Origin: the human T2T-CHM13v2.0 reference genome, Homo sapiens
DNA: 64,000 nucleotides
Strand: one strand, 5' to 3'
Assembly: GCF_009914755.1 (NCBI RefSeq)
Contig: NC_060930.1
Below the pieces are notes generated by a model that saw only the letters and a program-made list of their open reading frames with translations, searched no databases and was not told where the DNA came from. Every line of letters begins with the position of its first letter. Position 1 is the first letter of the stretch. Positions 12,417 to 24,049 of the stretch are shown here, one piece after another. The position numbers were made by a program, and so were the translations under genes.

Positions 12417-12462
12417 CAGTGAGGGAGAATCTCCCGACTTTCCAGAAGAGTTAGAAAAATGA
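12417..12462 (+). CDS. VIP: VIP exon 6 coding part: C-terminal peptide SSEGESPDFPEELEK-stop; exon continues to 12505
   Basis: ctgcag acceptor; TGA at 12460-12462 followed by a second TGA. CDS total 107+123+105+132+46=513 nt. Donor GTGGGT at 12506. Confidence 0.96.
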
Positions 12463-13297
12463 TGAAAAAGACCTTTGGAGCAAAGCTGATGACAACTTCC
12501 CAGTGGTGGGTATATTCGTGCATTCCTTCTGTATTCTTATGGCTGTCTCTGATTATATAAGTAGCTAAGAGTCACTTAGTAAGAAACATCTTAGGGTTAA
12601 ATAGTTTCTCATCATGAGACCTCATCCAAGACAGACACTTCTACAACAGTGGACCCCAACCCAGTAAACAGCTTAGAATGATTCATGAAATTTTTTTGAT
12701 CTTGTAAAAGAGAGCACTCACAATAAGCAAACGTTTTGAGATCTGAATAGTGTTCCTGGCTTACTTGGGGTTATTTCTACCTTTGTATCAAGATAAAAAA
12801 ACAGAGGAGGCTGACTCACACTGACAAGAAAAATGGGCTTTCCTTTTGAGGATCGACCCATGCTGCTTTTATTAATTGAAGGTTTAGTCTCACAATTGAC
12901 TGTTAGCTCCTCAATTAAGTATAGGGAAATAGCACCAAATTAGAGCATGGCCCATTACTATGAAAATATCAAGGCATTCTGGGTCTAACTATATTCCTTG
13001 AAACATGGCAAACTTCATAGAGCAAAAGTTAAATTTAGCTTGTTTTACCTGTAAGTTTGTTTTACCTATATGACTCTAATAGCATTCTCTGCCAACATTT
13101 TTTTTGAGCAGAAAAAACATGGATAGACTTTTTTTCTTTGTGAAGTAATAAGCTTGCTATCAAAATTGATTTTATATAAATGTGGGTTCAAGACATATTT
13201 CTTTCCTGAGTTACATTACATTAATATTCACATTCGCTCATAAAAAATCTATAATACTGGGCAAGTGCTTAAAGAAATTTCATGCTGTCACCATATC

Positions 13298-13495
13298 AAA
13301 GGTTAGCAGATTTTAAAGGGCTATGGAGTAAAATATGTTTGGCTTTGTGAGCCATCTATTTTCTGTTAGAGTGACTTAACTCTGCTATGGTAGCACAAAA
13401 GCAGCCACAGTTAGATGTAAAACGAATAGGAGTGACTGTGTTCCAATAAAACTTTATTCATAAAACCTGAAGGTGAGCCAGATTCCAATCCCTAA
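13298..13495 (+). mobile_element. MER58A-like element in intron 6
   Basis: tagcacaaaagcagccacag...tgttccaataaaactttatt motifs. Confidence 0.7.
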
Positions 13496-14230
13496 CTAGG
13501 TTAAGGAGATTAAATTCACCCATGCTCAAACTAAAGGCAATTCATGGCCTTACCTCAGTTCCTGATGGGGTTATCTAAGGTTTTCAACAGTCATCAAGAG
13601 TGGACATGGTGTCTGGGAAGATACCTGCTTAATTGACTGCTTTTGTCCACTAATTACCCTTAGACCTCTAAGAGAAAGCAGAGGCAGGAGTGTGGCCCAC
13701 ATCAACTCTTTATCTTTTATAGACATCTCAGAGAAACAAGTCCCTTTGCTCAAAGAAGAAAGTTAATTACATATAGCTTTTCTAAGAGTGTTTATAAGAA
13801 GGCTTCTCCATCAAATTAAGAAACACGGTAGGCACTAAAATATAAAGGAGAATTGATTAATCACACTGTGCTTTGTAAATGGTAAGATCACTTATGAGAT
13901 TCCATCCTCCATTCTTTTCTTTTTTAAATGGGTGGCTTTGGACAAATTCTTTGAAGAGGAAATCATGTGGGTCATCCATTAGTGAAAATTACAAGTGAAT
14001 CATTAATAATGGTTAGTTAGACGTCTTTTCACATTCCAGTTCCTCTCTGATAATCAGTCCTCTAGAAGCTGCTCTCTTGGTATGTCCCAGGACATGATCC
14101 CCTGCCACAGGCTGTTAACAAGGGACAAAGAGAAATAAGTGTTTATCAGATAAGTAAATCAGTGAATGAAACTAAGATGCTAGAAATAAAATATATTTTA
14201 TGCCTAAAGCAACAATTTTTTCTTTTTCAG

Positions 14231-15085
14231 AATTCTTGAAGGAAAACGATACGCAACATAATTAAATTTTGAGTTCTACATAAGTAATTCAAGAAAACAA
14301 CTTCAATATCCAAACCAAATAAAAATATTGTGTTGTGAATGTTGTGATGTATTCTAGCTAATGTAATAACTGTGAAGTTTACATTGTAAATAGTATTTGA
14401 GAGTTCTAAATTTTGTCTTTAACTCATAAAAAGCCTGCAATTTCATATGCTGTATATCCTTTCTAACAAAAAAATATATTTAATGATAAGTAAATGCTAG
14501 GTTAATTCCAATTATATGAGACGTTTTTGGAAGAGTAGTAATAGAGCAAAATTGATGTGTTTATTTATAGAGTGTACTTAACTATTCAGGAGAGTAGAAC
14601 AGATAATCAGTGTGTCTAAATTTGAATGTTAAGCAGATGGAATGCTGTGTTAAATAAACCTCAAAATGTCTAAGATAGTAACAATGAAGATAAAAAGACA
14701 TTCTTCCAAAAAGATTTTCAGAAAATATTATGTGTTTCCATATTTTATAGGCAACCTTTATTTTTAATGGTGTTTTAAAAAATCTCAAATTTGGATTGCT
14801 AATCACCAAAGGCTCTCTCCTGATAGTCTTTCAGTTAAGGAGAACGACCCCTGCTTCTGACACTGAAACTTCCCTTTCTGCTTGTGTTAAGTATGTGTAA
14901 AATGTGAAGTGAATGAAACACTCAGTTGTTCAATAATAAATATTTTTGCCATAATGACTCAGAATATTGCTTTGGTCATATGAGCTTCCTTCTGTGAAAG
15001 TACATTTGGAGACACAACTATTTTTCCAAAATAATTTTAAGAAATCAAAGAGAGAAAATAAAGACCTTGCTTATGATTGCAGATA
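14231..15085 (+). other. VIP: VIP exon 7 (AU-rich 3'UTR)
   Basis: Polypyrimidine tract plus cag at 14228-14230; ATTTA motifs at 14478 and 14563; several AATAAA. Confidence 0.88.
14935..15062 (+). terminator. Distal polyadenylation signals AATAAA (14935-14940, 15057-15062)
   Basis: Canonical hexamers; a U/GU-rich tract follows at ~15087-15105. Confidence 0.8.
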
Positions 15086-15164
15086 ATTTTTTTGTTTGAT
15101 TATTTTATATGATTCAGCAGTAACTCATTTTAGCTCTAAAGTTCTAGGCACTAGATAGCTTTTG

Positions 15165-15625
15165 TGGTATTTGATTGTGTGCAAGTTCTAAAATAATGAT
15201 GGCTTAAAATAAAAGAGAAATTTCTTTCTCACGTAAGTCAAGAAGTAAGATGTCAGGGTTATTATAATGGTTCTGCTCAGCAAAACCCTCAATAACTTAC
15301 ACCCCTTCCAGCTCATCCCTCATCTCCAATGGTGTGGCACTTTTCCTCATGATCCAAAATTAGAGCTAGCATTCCAGCCATCACATATGCATTCCAGGCA
15401 GCAGGCTATAGGAAGAAAAAAGGGAGCAAATATTATATGCCAGTTCTCTTTGAACTGATATCTTATACTAACATCCCCTTTACTAGTACATAGTCTTATG
15501 GCCACAGTCATTTGCAAGAGAGGCTGGGAAATGTAGTATGTTTTCTTTTCTTTTTCTGGGTGATCATGTACCCAACTTAAAACTAAGACTCTATTAATAT
15601 AAAACAAGGAAAGAATAAATGTATG
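15165..15625 (-). mobile_element. Old MaLR LTR (MLT1J/K/L-like)
   Basis: cattccaggcagcagg and tgcaagagaggctgggaaatgtagt signatures. Confidence 0.55.
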
Positions 15626-16084
15626 CAGCGATTAAAAATAATTCCAGGCTTGGATCTTAAATTCTCACCCAAAAAGCTTAAAGAAATAATAAAGAGAGCG
15701 AGAGTCAGACCCTAACCATTAATGAAGAAGCATTATCCCCATAAGGCAAAGTTTTGCTTGGTTTCATTTTCTACAATTAGGACAAATGGCCACATCAGGA
15801 GGAACTAGTCTAGAAGTACCAGTAATTGCAAAGTAGTTTTCACAAGTTGAAGTAAATTGAGCTTCTTGTATCTCTTTTTCTTATCTGATTCTTCAAATTA
15901 TTAAATATTTATTAAGTGACATTTTTATGAGAAGCACTGCAGTGAAAACAGACAATTTCTAAGTGTTAAGTGTACATAAAAAGCTTGTAAAGATGAAATG
16001 GAGCCATAATTTGAGTGTGTAACTAAAGAGTTTTAATTTTATTTTATTAATATGAATCTTTTCAATTTATTCCCTATTGCTTCA

Positions 16085-17850
16085 AGAAATTCATTGAAGA
16101 AATATTCACTGAATGACTATGATGTGCTATGTAGCTATCTGAGAGATTGTTCTGGGCTGAGGGAACAGCAAGTGCAAATGAGGGAACAGTCCTGACATAT
16201 CTGGAGAGCAAGGAAGCCCATGTGGCTGGAGCAGAGTATGCTGGACAGGGACTCAGTAGGAGAGGAGGTCAAAGAAGTTACTAAGGACTGGACCTTGTAG
16301 GGCCTCACAGGCCACTGTAATTGTTTGTGAAGTGAGATGAGGTATGGCAGAGTTTTGGACAGAGGTGTGATATTATCTGAACTGCACTTTAACAGGATCT
16401 TTCTGGATACTCTAATGAGAGAAGAGTGAAGGAGTGCTAAGGGTGGAAGCAGGGGTACAAACTAGGGGGCAAGTGCTATAAATCAAGTGGCAGATGATGG
16501 TGCCACCAAGGCAGAAGCACTGGAGGTATTGAGAAGTATAACTGAATAGATCTTAAAAGAAGAGTCAGGTTTTCTGAGAATGGGTTGAAGACAAGAAATA
16601 GGAGAGGCTGGGCATGGTGGGTCATGCCTGTAATCCTAGTACTTTGGGAGGCTGAGGCAGGAGGATTGCTTGAGGCCAGGAGTTCAAGAAGGAGGAAAGT
16701 CAAGAATGACATCCAAGGTAAATCACCTGAGGCAACTTGAAGGATGGGATTGCTATAGACAGAGAAGACTGGGAGGAACGAGGGTTCAGGGAAAGGTGAG
16801 CTTAGTTTGGATGCACTAAGGCAGATGTTGAGTAGGGAGTTGGAGATGTCATGAAGAGGAGATGCTGAGCTGCAGATGGGCAAGTGGGAGATTTCGCATA
16901 TAGACGGGATTTAGAAACACAAGACTGGACGAGATCAGCAAGAGACCAAGTGTTGCTAAACAACAAAACACAACAAAAACAGAAACCTCAACACATAATC
17001 CTTGAGTGTTTTTATTTCCTAGTGCCACCATAAGAAGGCACCGCAGACCAGGTGTCTCAAACAAAGAAATCAATTGTCTCACAGTTCTGGAGACAAAAAA
17101 CGCTAGAGCAAGGTGTCAACAGGGCAGGCTCCTTCTGAGAGCTGTGAGGAAGAATCTGATCCATGCCTCTCCTCTCGTTTCAGGTGGTTTGCAGGCAACC
17201 TTTGGCTGATAGAAGCATCACTTCTATCTCTGCCATGACCTTCAGGTAGCATGTCTCCAAATATTCACTTTACATAAGGACATCAGTCATTTTGGATTAG
17301 GGCCAATGCTAATAATCTCATTTTAAGTTGATTTCCTCTGTAGAAACCCTATCTGAAAATAAGGCTACATTCTGAAGGACTAGGGTTAAGGACTTTCACA
17401 TATGAATTTTTGGGGACACAATTCAGCCAATAATCCTGGGGCATGCCAACATTAAGAGTTTGGAGTTTTGAGAAACAAATGGGATAAAAATGGACTGGAA
17501 GAAGAAGCTATTGAAATAGGAGAAAAATTGGAGACCATGTCATCTGGAAAACAAGTGAAGAAGATCTTTCAAGGAAGAGGGTATCATTAACAGAGTCAAA
17601 TCCTGCTGCAGGGTAGATTACAATTCATTTATTTAATTCTTCTGCAAGAATTTATAAGGAACTTACTATCTACCCAGCACCATTTTAAGTTCTGATGATA
17701 TAGTAGTGAATAATACAGATCAAAATTCCTGCCCTCATGGAGCTTGCATTCTTTGATTTGAAACAGATAATAAAATAGTCAAGTAAAATATAGTCAAGTA
17801 AAATATATATTGTTTTAGAAAGTGATAAATGCAAAGGAGACAAATTATGT
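16085..17850 (-). mobile_element. L2 LINE fragments, interrupted by an Alu 5' fragment (16606-16689) and an MLT1 LTR
   Basis: gaacagcaagtgcaaa...gtggctggagcagag and ccctcatggagcttgcatt L2 signatures. Confidence 0.7.
17005..17433 (-). mobile_element. MLT1B/C-like solo LTR
   Basis: tctcacagttctggag...aaggacatcagtcat...gggacacaattcagcc. Confidence 0.75.
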
Positions 17851-18140
17851 ACTTACAGTTCCATATGGCTGGGGAGGCCTCACAATCATGACAGAAGGCA
17901 AGGAGGAGCAAGTCATATCTTACGAGGATGGCAGCAGGCAAAAACAGAGCTTGTGCAGGGAAACTCTCCCTTATAAAACCACCAGATCTCATGAGACTTA
18001 TTCACTATTACAAGAACAGCATGGGAAAGACCCACCCCATGATTCAATTACCTCCCACCGGGTCCCTCCCACAACACGCGGGCATTGTGGGAGCTACAAT
18101 TCAAGATGAGATTTGGTGGGGACACAGCCAAACCATATCA
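17851..18140 (-). mobile_element. THE1 LTR (truncated)
   Basis: Ends gacacagccaaaccatatca, the reverse complement of the THE1 5' end. Confidence 0.88.
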
Positions 18141-18676
18141 GAAGGTGTCAATTTGGCTTTATGTCAGAGAAACATCAAAAGCACGTTTGCATGCTGAGGG
18201 GAGAGATGCAAGATAGGGAAAATTGGTGATGCAGAAGGTAAAGTGGGGTTTTACTTGAGTGATGTCCTTGAGAAGAGAGAGGAAGTGGGTGATTCAAAAA
18301 TAGAGGGATTGACCTTTGCTTGGCACAAGCTCTCTTCAACCACACTAACAGGCAGAGTGGTTGGGTCCGAGGTGGATGAATGGAAGAACTGGTGGAAGTT
18401 TACACCAGTTCTGATTACACCTGTTTTCTCAGGGAAATAGCTGAGAGTAAGGATAAGTGAGGAGATGTGAAGAAAGTAAAAGAAAAATATGAAAGAGTTT
18501 GCTGGATGAGTGGGAGAGTAAATAACTAGGAAAATATGTTTCTTATACTTAGAGTCCAGTGATGACTGAGGTAACTTAGAAAAATGGGTCAAATTAAGTA
18601 GTCCAAGATTATTTTTTATTATTTTGAAAACTTAATGAAAACTAGGGACCTTTTTCCAGAAATACATATGTGTATA

Positions 18677-18687
18677 TACACACACAT

Positions 18688-18722
<35 letters not shown>
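18677..18722. repeat. (CA)n microsatellite
   Basis: Visible run. Confidence 0.95.
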
Positions 18723-18726
<4 letters not shown>

Positions 18727-19763
18727 ATACTTTCAGAGCATTCACCAAATCTTACATGCCCATGCATGAAATTTCACAGTGCTCAGCACCTGCTGTTTAA
18801 GATCCTTACTCCAGAATAATGTAGTGGTTGGAGTCATGTGGAGACCACCCTACAGCTTGGGAAAATGGTATGTAGAGTACATTTATCAGGGGTGAGATAA
18901 TAAAGATCTGGATTTAGACTGGTGGAAGTGAGAAAGAATAGAATTTGAGTCTAGCGCCCACTGCTTTAGGGAAATCTGCATCAGCAAACCACTGAAATAA
19001 AATGCTTGTTGGGACATGAGTTTAATTCCGGGAAGAGAGGAAGTGTCAAAACCCAGATTTGCTAGGGTAATCCTGAATTGATTAAGATGATTATAAAATT
19101 GACTGAAATTATTTTTTCAGTATTTTTTTAACATAAGGGCTGTTTAGGATACAAATTAATTTCAGTTATAAAAATTCAGCCATATTGCTGCATACATGAG
19201 TTTGAAGTGAGACTAAGATTAATGCCCTCTAAAATTATGTTAGAAATCATTCTCTATAGATCTGAAAATAACATTCTATCTTCTCCTTTCCTTTCAGTAG
19301 ATACACACAAAATCTGCCAAAAAAAAAAAAAAGGAGAGACATAATATTCCTGGAGTTTCTCAGGTTTAATATGGTATATTGAGCTCATGAACATGTCTCC
19401 CTTTCCTTGCCGAAGAAATATTGTCCCATGCCATCAAAACAAGAAAAAGGGAGCCATAAATGGTCAAGAGATTACAGTACATTTCTGGGGAAAGACGGGC
19501 GGTGGATTGAAGAGCGGATCCAGGAAATTGACAAGGCAACTTCAATGTTGAACTAATGTGGACAGTTTGTAGCAGATTAACTGTCCTATGGAAAAGCTCA
19601 GATTTGACAAATACAAGTAGACATTTCTTCCTGATATTTCTGGGAGAATGTACACACTTTCACAAGTTCTGAATCCCAAAAGAAATCAGTTGCAAAATCA
19701 GGAATGCAAGAATTAAAGCTTAACATTCAACGTAAAAGCGCTACTCATTTGGAGGCATCCTCT

Positions 19764-20136
19764 TGTGTTGATTCGCTAAGGTTGCCATAACAAAGAATCA
19801 TTGAATGGGGAGCTTAAACAACAGAAATTTATTTTCTCACAAGGAGGCTAGAAGTCTGAGATCAAGGTGTCAGCAGGATTGGTTTCTTCTGAGGCCTCTC
19901 TTCTGGGCCTGTGTCTTCACATAGTCCCCCCTCCATGTACATCTGTTCTCAAATTTCCTCTTCTTATAAGGACATTAGTCATACTGAATTAGTGTGCTCA
20001 CCCTAAAGACCTCATTTTAATTTAATTATTTCTTTAAAGACCCTATCTCCAAATACATCCACATTCTGTGGTCACATTTTGTAGGGTTAGGACTTTAACA
20101 TATAAAATTTAGGGGGACCCAATTCAGCCCATGACA
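19764..20136 (-). mobile_element. MLT1A/B-like solo LTR
   Basis: gccataacaaa...aagtctgagatcaaggtgtcagcagg...aattcagcccatgaca. Confidence 0.8.
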
Positions 20137-20888
20137 CTATTGATGTCAAGTCAAAAGAGCAGGAAACGCTGATTGGTGGAGTTGCCTTTTTTTGATGTTT
20201 TTTATTATCAAACGTCTTTATCAGGAAGAAATTATTTTCACATGTTATTGAAAGATATTTCATCACAATATATGAGTATATAATAACAAGCCATGTATTT
20301 ATCATGCTGTTTTTGTTACAGAAAATCTCTGAAACATTTAGTGTGATCCCATCACAGAAAAATTTTCATGGTTGCAGTTTGATTATTTTTATTATTTTAA
20401 AACATATAATTAATGTGTTATGAAAAATGCAAAACTACTTATAAGTTTGGAAATTCCTAAGAATTCCTGCCAATTCTGATTGACCTTTCCTGAATACCAA
20501 AGATTAATATTTGTCAGGAATTTGGAAACACTATAACTGAGGGCAAGCTTATGGAAGGGCCTGAATATAGGGGCATACACTGAAGGCTTACATACAAGAT
20601 TATTGATCTCCCATTCCTGCTACAGAATGCTGAAATTCCTGGATGATCAGAAGAAAAATAATTACAGAGTTATTCTCTAAAGAAATGGGGTTGGGGCAGA
20701 GGGAGTAGCTGCCATGGGAGAACTAGGATGACAATTGTGAGAGTCGAACCCAGAGTTAAGCCTTTGTCTATGTGGGGTCACCCTGGTTGCATCGGGCTTC
20801 CTACACCTGCTCAGCCTAAAAAGAAACCTGCCTTTAAATAACTTCATCCACATGGAGAAATCCCACATGTCGTAGTCAGACTTTCTAG

Positions 20889-21015
20889 CTCCCCCTCCCC
20901 TTCCCTCCCCTCCCCTAACCTCCCCTCCCCTGACCTCCCTTCCCCTCCCCTCTCCTTCCCCTCTCCTTCCCCTTCCCCTTCCCTTTCCCTTTCCCTTCCC
21001 TTCCTTTCCCTTTCC
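20889..21015. repeat. Polypyrimidine (CTCCC/TTCCC)n tract
   Basis: ~125 nt of almost pure C/T. Confidence 0.95.
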
Positions 21016-21210
21016 ATTTTACCCAAGAGATTTTAAATTAATGGTGGAAGGGGCTATCATAAATGGTGTCTATGACTGAACAACCAAAGATGTCCTGGCA
21101 TTTGAAGAAAACTTAAAGAATATGTAGTGAAAAGAGATGCTAGATAATAAAAGATAAAGTCTAACCGAGAATGAATAATATTGCACGTATAAAGCAAGAA
21201 CCTGATGCAG

Positions 21211-21763
21211 TGTATTAGTCAAGGTTCTCTAGAAGGAGAGGACTAACAGGATAGATGTATATATGAAAGGGAGTTTATTAAGGAGTATTGACTCACATGA
21301 TCACCAGGTGAAATCGCACAGTAGGCCATCTGCAAGCTGAGGAACAAGGAAGCCAGTCCGCATCTCCAAACCTCAAAAGTAGGGAAGCCAACAATACAAC
21401 ATTTAGTCTGTGGCCAAAGGCCCAAGAGCCCCTCGCAAGCCACTGGTGTAAGTCCAAAAAACTCCAAATGCTGAAGAACTTGAAGTCTGATGTTCAAGGG
21501 CGGGAAGCACCCAGCAGTAGGAGAAAGATGAAGGCCAGAAGACTCAGCCAGTCTTGTCCTTCCACATTCCTCTGCCTGCTTTTATGCTAGCCACGCTGGC
21601 AGCTGATTAGATGGTGCCCACCCAGATTAAGGGTGGGTCTGCCTCTCCCAGTCCACTGACTCAAATGTTAATCTCCTTTGGCAACACCCTCACAGACATA
21701 CGCAGGAACAATGCTTTGCATCCTTCAGTCCAATCAAGTTGACGTTCAATATTAACCATGACA
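21211..21763 (-). mobile_element. MLT2A2-like HERV-L solo LTR
   Basis: TG...CA ends; ccaatcaagttgac...attaaccatgaca; near-TSD tgcag/ttcag. Confidence 0.88.
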
Positions 21764-23441
21764 TTCAGGAACAGAGAAAAAAAGCTCATGGAGTTTAAAA
21801 ACTGCCTAAATTAAAATAAAATTTAATTTAAAAGTATGTCAAAATGAAACAAATTCTTAAAGTATTAGAGATAAAGTAGAGATTAAGTCATAGAAAATCA
21901 ATAGAGGTCTTGGATTTGATAAATAGAAGTTTCAGAAAAAGAGAATGGAGAAGAGAGGGGAGAAAATAAAGAAATATCAGAAATGTAATGTTACCTTCCC
22001 TAGATTGTACTTCATGTGAGATCTGGATGCACGCTTATTTTATTCATGAATGAATGCATGTTGCATACTATATTAACTGTTTCAGGTGTTGAATTTGTAA
22101 GTTGGAAACTACGTTCTTTGGTGAAGGACACCAAATTTTCTTTAATAATCACTTAAGATAACCAAAATGTTTCTAGACATCTTAAATGTGATTATATTTT
22201 CAATATCTGGGAAAGTAAATTCTAAATACTTAGTTTTCTAACACATCTGAAAGGATTAAGGTGAATCTATCCATTTTAGTAATCAAAGTTACACCTTTTC
22301 TTCTATACGTTTTTATGTAGCAGATATAATATATATGACTATGAATACTACTGTATTCTGTATTAATATTAATACTAACACATACACACATACACACACA
22401 TGTACACATACACACTCTGGTTTTGGGCTTCAGAAGCAGAAACTATCTTACAGGATATCTCAAAGATAGATACTAAGAGTTCTATAATCGTGTCTATGAG
22501 TTCCTAAGACCCTTAGAGCTGCACATTTCAGTAGATCTAGATTTTAGAAAAATATACTCTAATTACTTATTTCCCTATTCTTGTTTGGTGTTCCACACTC
22601 AAATGGTCTCCTAGCTGGTTAACTGATAACAGCTGCAGTTTTTGGAAAGGAGAAAGAGGGAAAGGATACATGAAAAGCATCTGCCTTTTCACAAACCTCT
22701 GTTAACAGCTTTTTCTCCCTATTAGAGAGAAAACATTTCCTTGGTCCTTCTCTTTTGCCTTATGTAATTGCAAATCTCTGGCAAGATGCATCTCTTTTCA
22801 GACTTTAACTTGTCTCATTTTTCCCCCACACAATTGTGCTCTTTCTTTTCTTGTTCCTTGGAAACTCGCCCTCGTTTCATAATTTTGCTTCTTCCCCCTT
22901 TGCTGTTCTGTTCTCTACAGAGTTACGGGTTCATTCTCTCGGGTGTCTTATTCTGCCTCATGCCCTATCTACATGTTAACCTCATCTGTTCCAGAGACAG
23001 AAAATGGATCTAGATCTCTCCAGATTTCCTTTTGTCTCTTAACTTTTCTTTGCATGGGATCTTAGACAGATGCATGACACTTGTTAAAGTATCTTTCTCA
23101 ATTTACATTTCATTTACCTTTCTGCTTTAAAAACATAGAATCTTTGAGCTAGCAGTTGCCATTATCTGTAAGTTTGTAGTTGATGTCTAAGGAAATTACT
23201 ATGCCATTATTCCTAATTTTTCTTCAAAGACATTTCCCCTTACCTTGATTCTTATAAAGAAATGTTGGCTATACCCTTATAAATTTGGGTAGACATTAAT
23301 GAAATAAGGATTTGGAGCAACAGGCATATGCCAAAAAAGAGAGCTTATCATAGAAGGGTAAATCTGAAATTGTGTGTAGGTAGTGAAGATAAGACTAATG
23401 GAAGAGAACTGTGAAAATTCCCATTTTAAGATCTTAGGTCT

Positions 23442-23730
23442 CATGAGGACTCAAACGCATGAGAATGATATAATGGACTTTGGGGACTCGGGAAAGGGTG
23501 GGAGGGCATGAGGGATAAAAGGCTACACACGGGGTACAGTGCACACGGCTCAGGTGAGAGGTGCATCACAATCTCAGAAGTCACCACTGAGGAACTTATC
23601 CATGTAACCAAAACCCACCAAAATTAAATTAAATTTCCCAAAAACTATTGAAATTTTAAAAATAAATAAATATAAAAACAAACAAAAAGAAATAAAAAAG
23701 AAAAAGAAGTGAATCTTGGTTTTAAAAAAA
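23442..23730 (+). mobile_element. L1PB-like 3' end with A-rich tail
   Basis: aatggactttggggactcggg...aatctcagaagtcaccact. Confidence 0.8.
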
Positions 23731-23736
23731 AGATCT

Positions 23737-24049
23737 GGCCGGGCACAGTGGCTCATGCCTGTAATCCCAGCACTTTGGGAAGCCGAGGCGGGCGGATCAT
23801 GAGGTCAGGAGATTGAGACCATCCTGGCTATCACAGTGAAAACCCGTCTCTACTAAAAATAAAAAAATTAGCCGGGCGTGGTGGCGGGTGCCTGTAGTCC
23901 CAGCTACTCAGGAGGCTGAGGCAGGAGAATAGTGTGAACCCGGGGGGAGGAGCTTACAGTGAGCCGAGATTGTGCCACTGCACTCCAGCCTGGGCGACAA
24001 AGCAAGACTCCCTCTCAAAAAAAAGAAAAAAGAAAAAAAAAAGAAAAAA
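23737..24049 (+). mobile_element. AluY-like
   Basis: Full dimer; accatcctggcta diagnostic; TSD aaaaaagatct. Confidence 0.93.

Larger units (their letters stand above)
6116..15085 (+). other. VIP: VIP gene transcription unit (7 exons); TSS and 3' end approximate
   Basis: Spliced translation gives prepro-VIP containing PHM-27 and VIP-28. All introns are GT-AG. TATA at 6088; AATAAA at 14935 and 15057. Confidence 0.97.
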
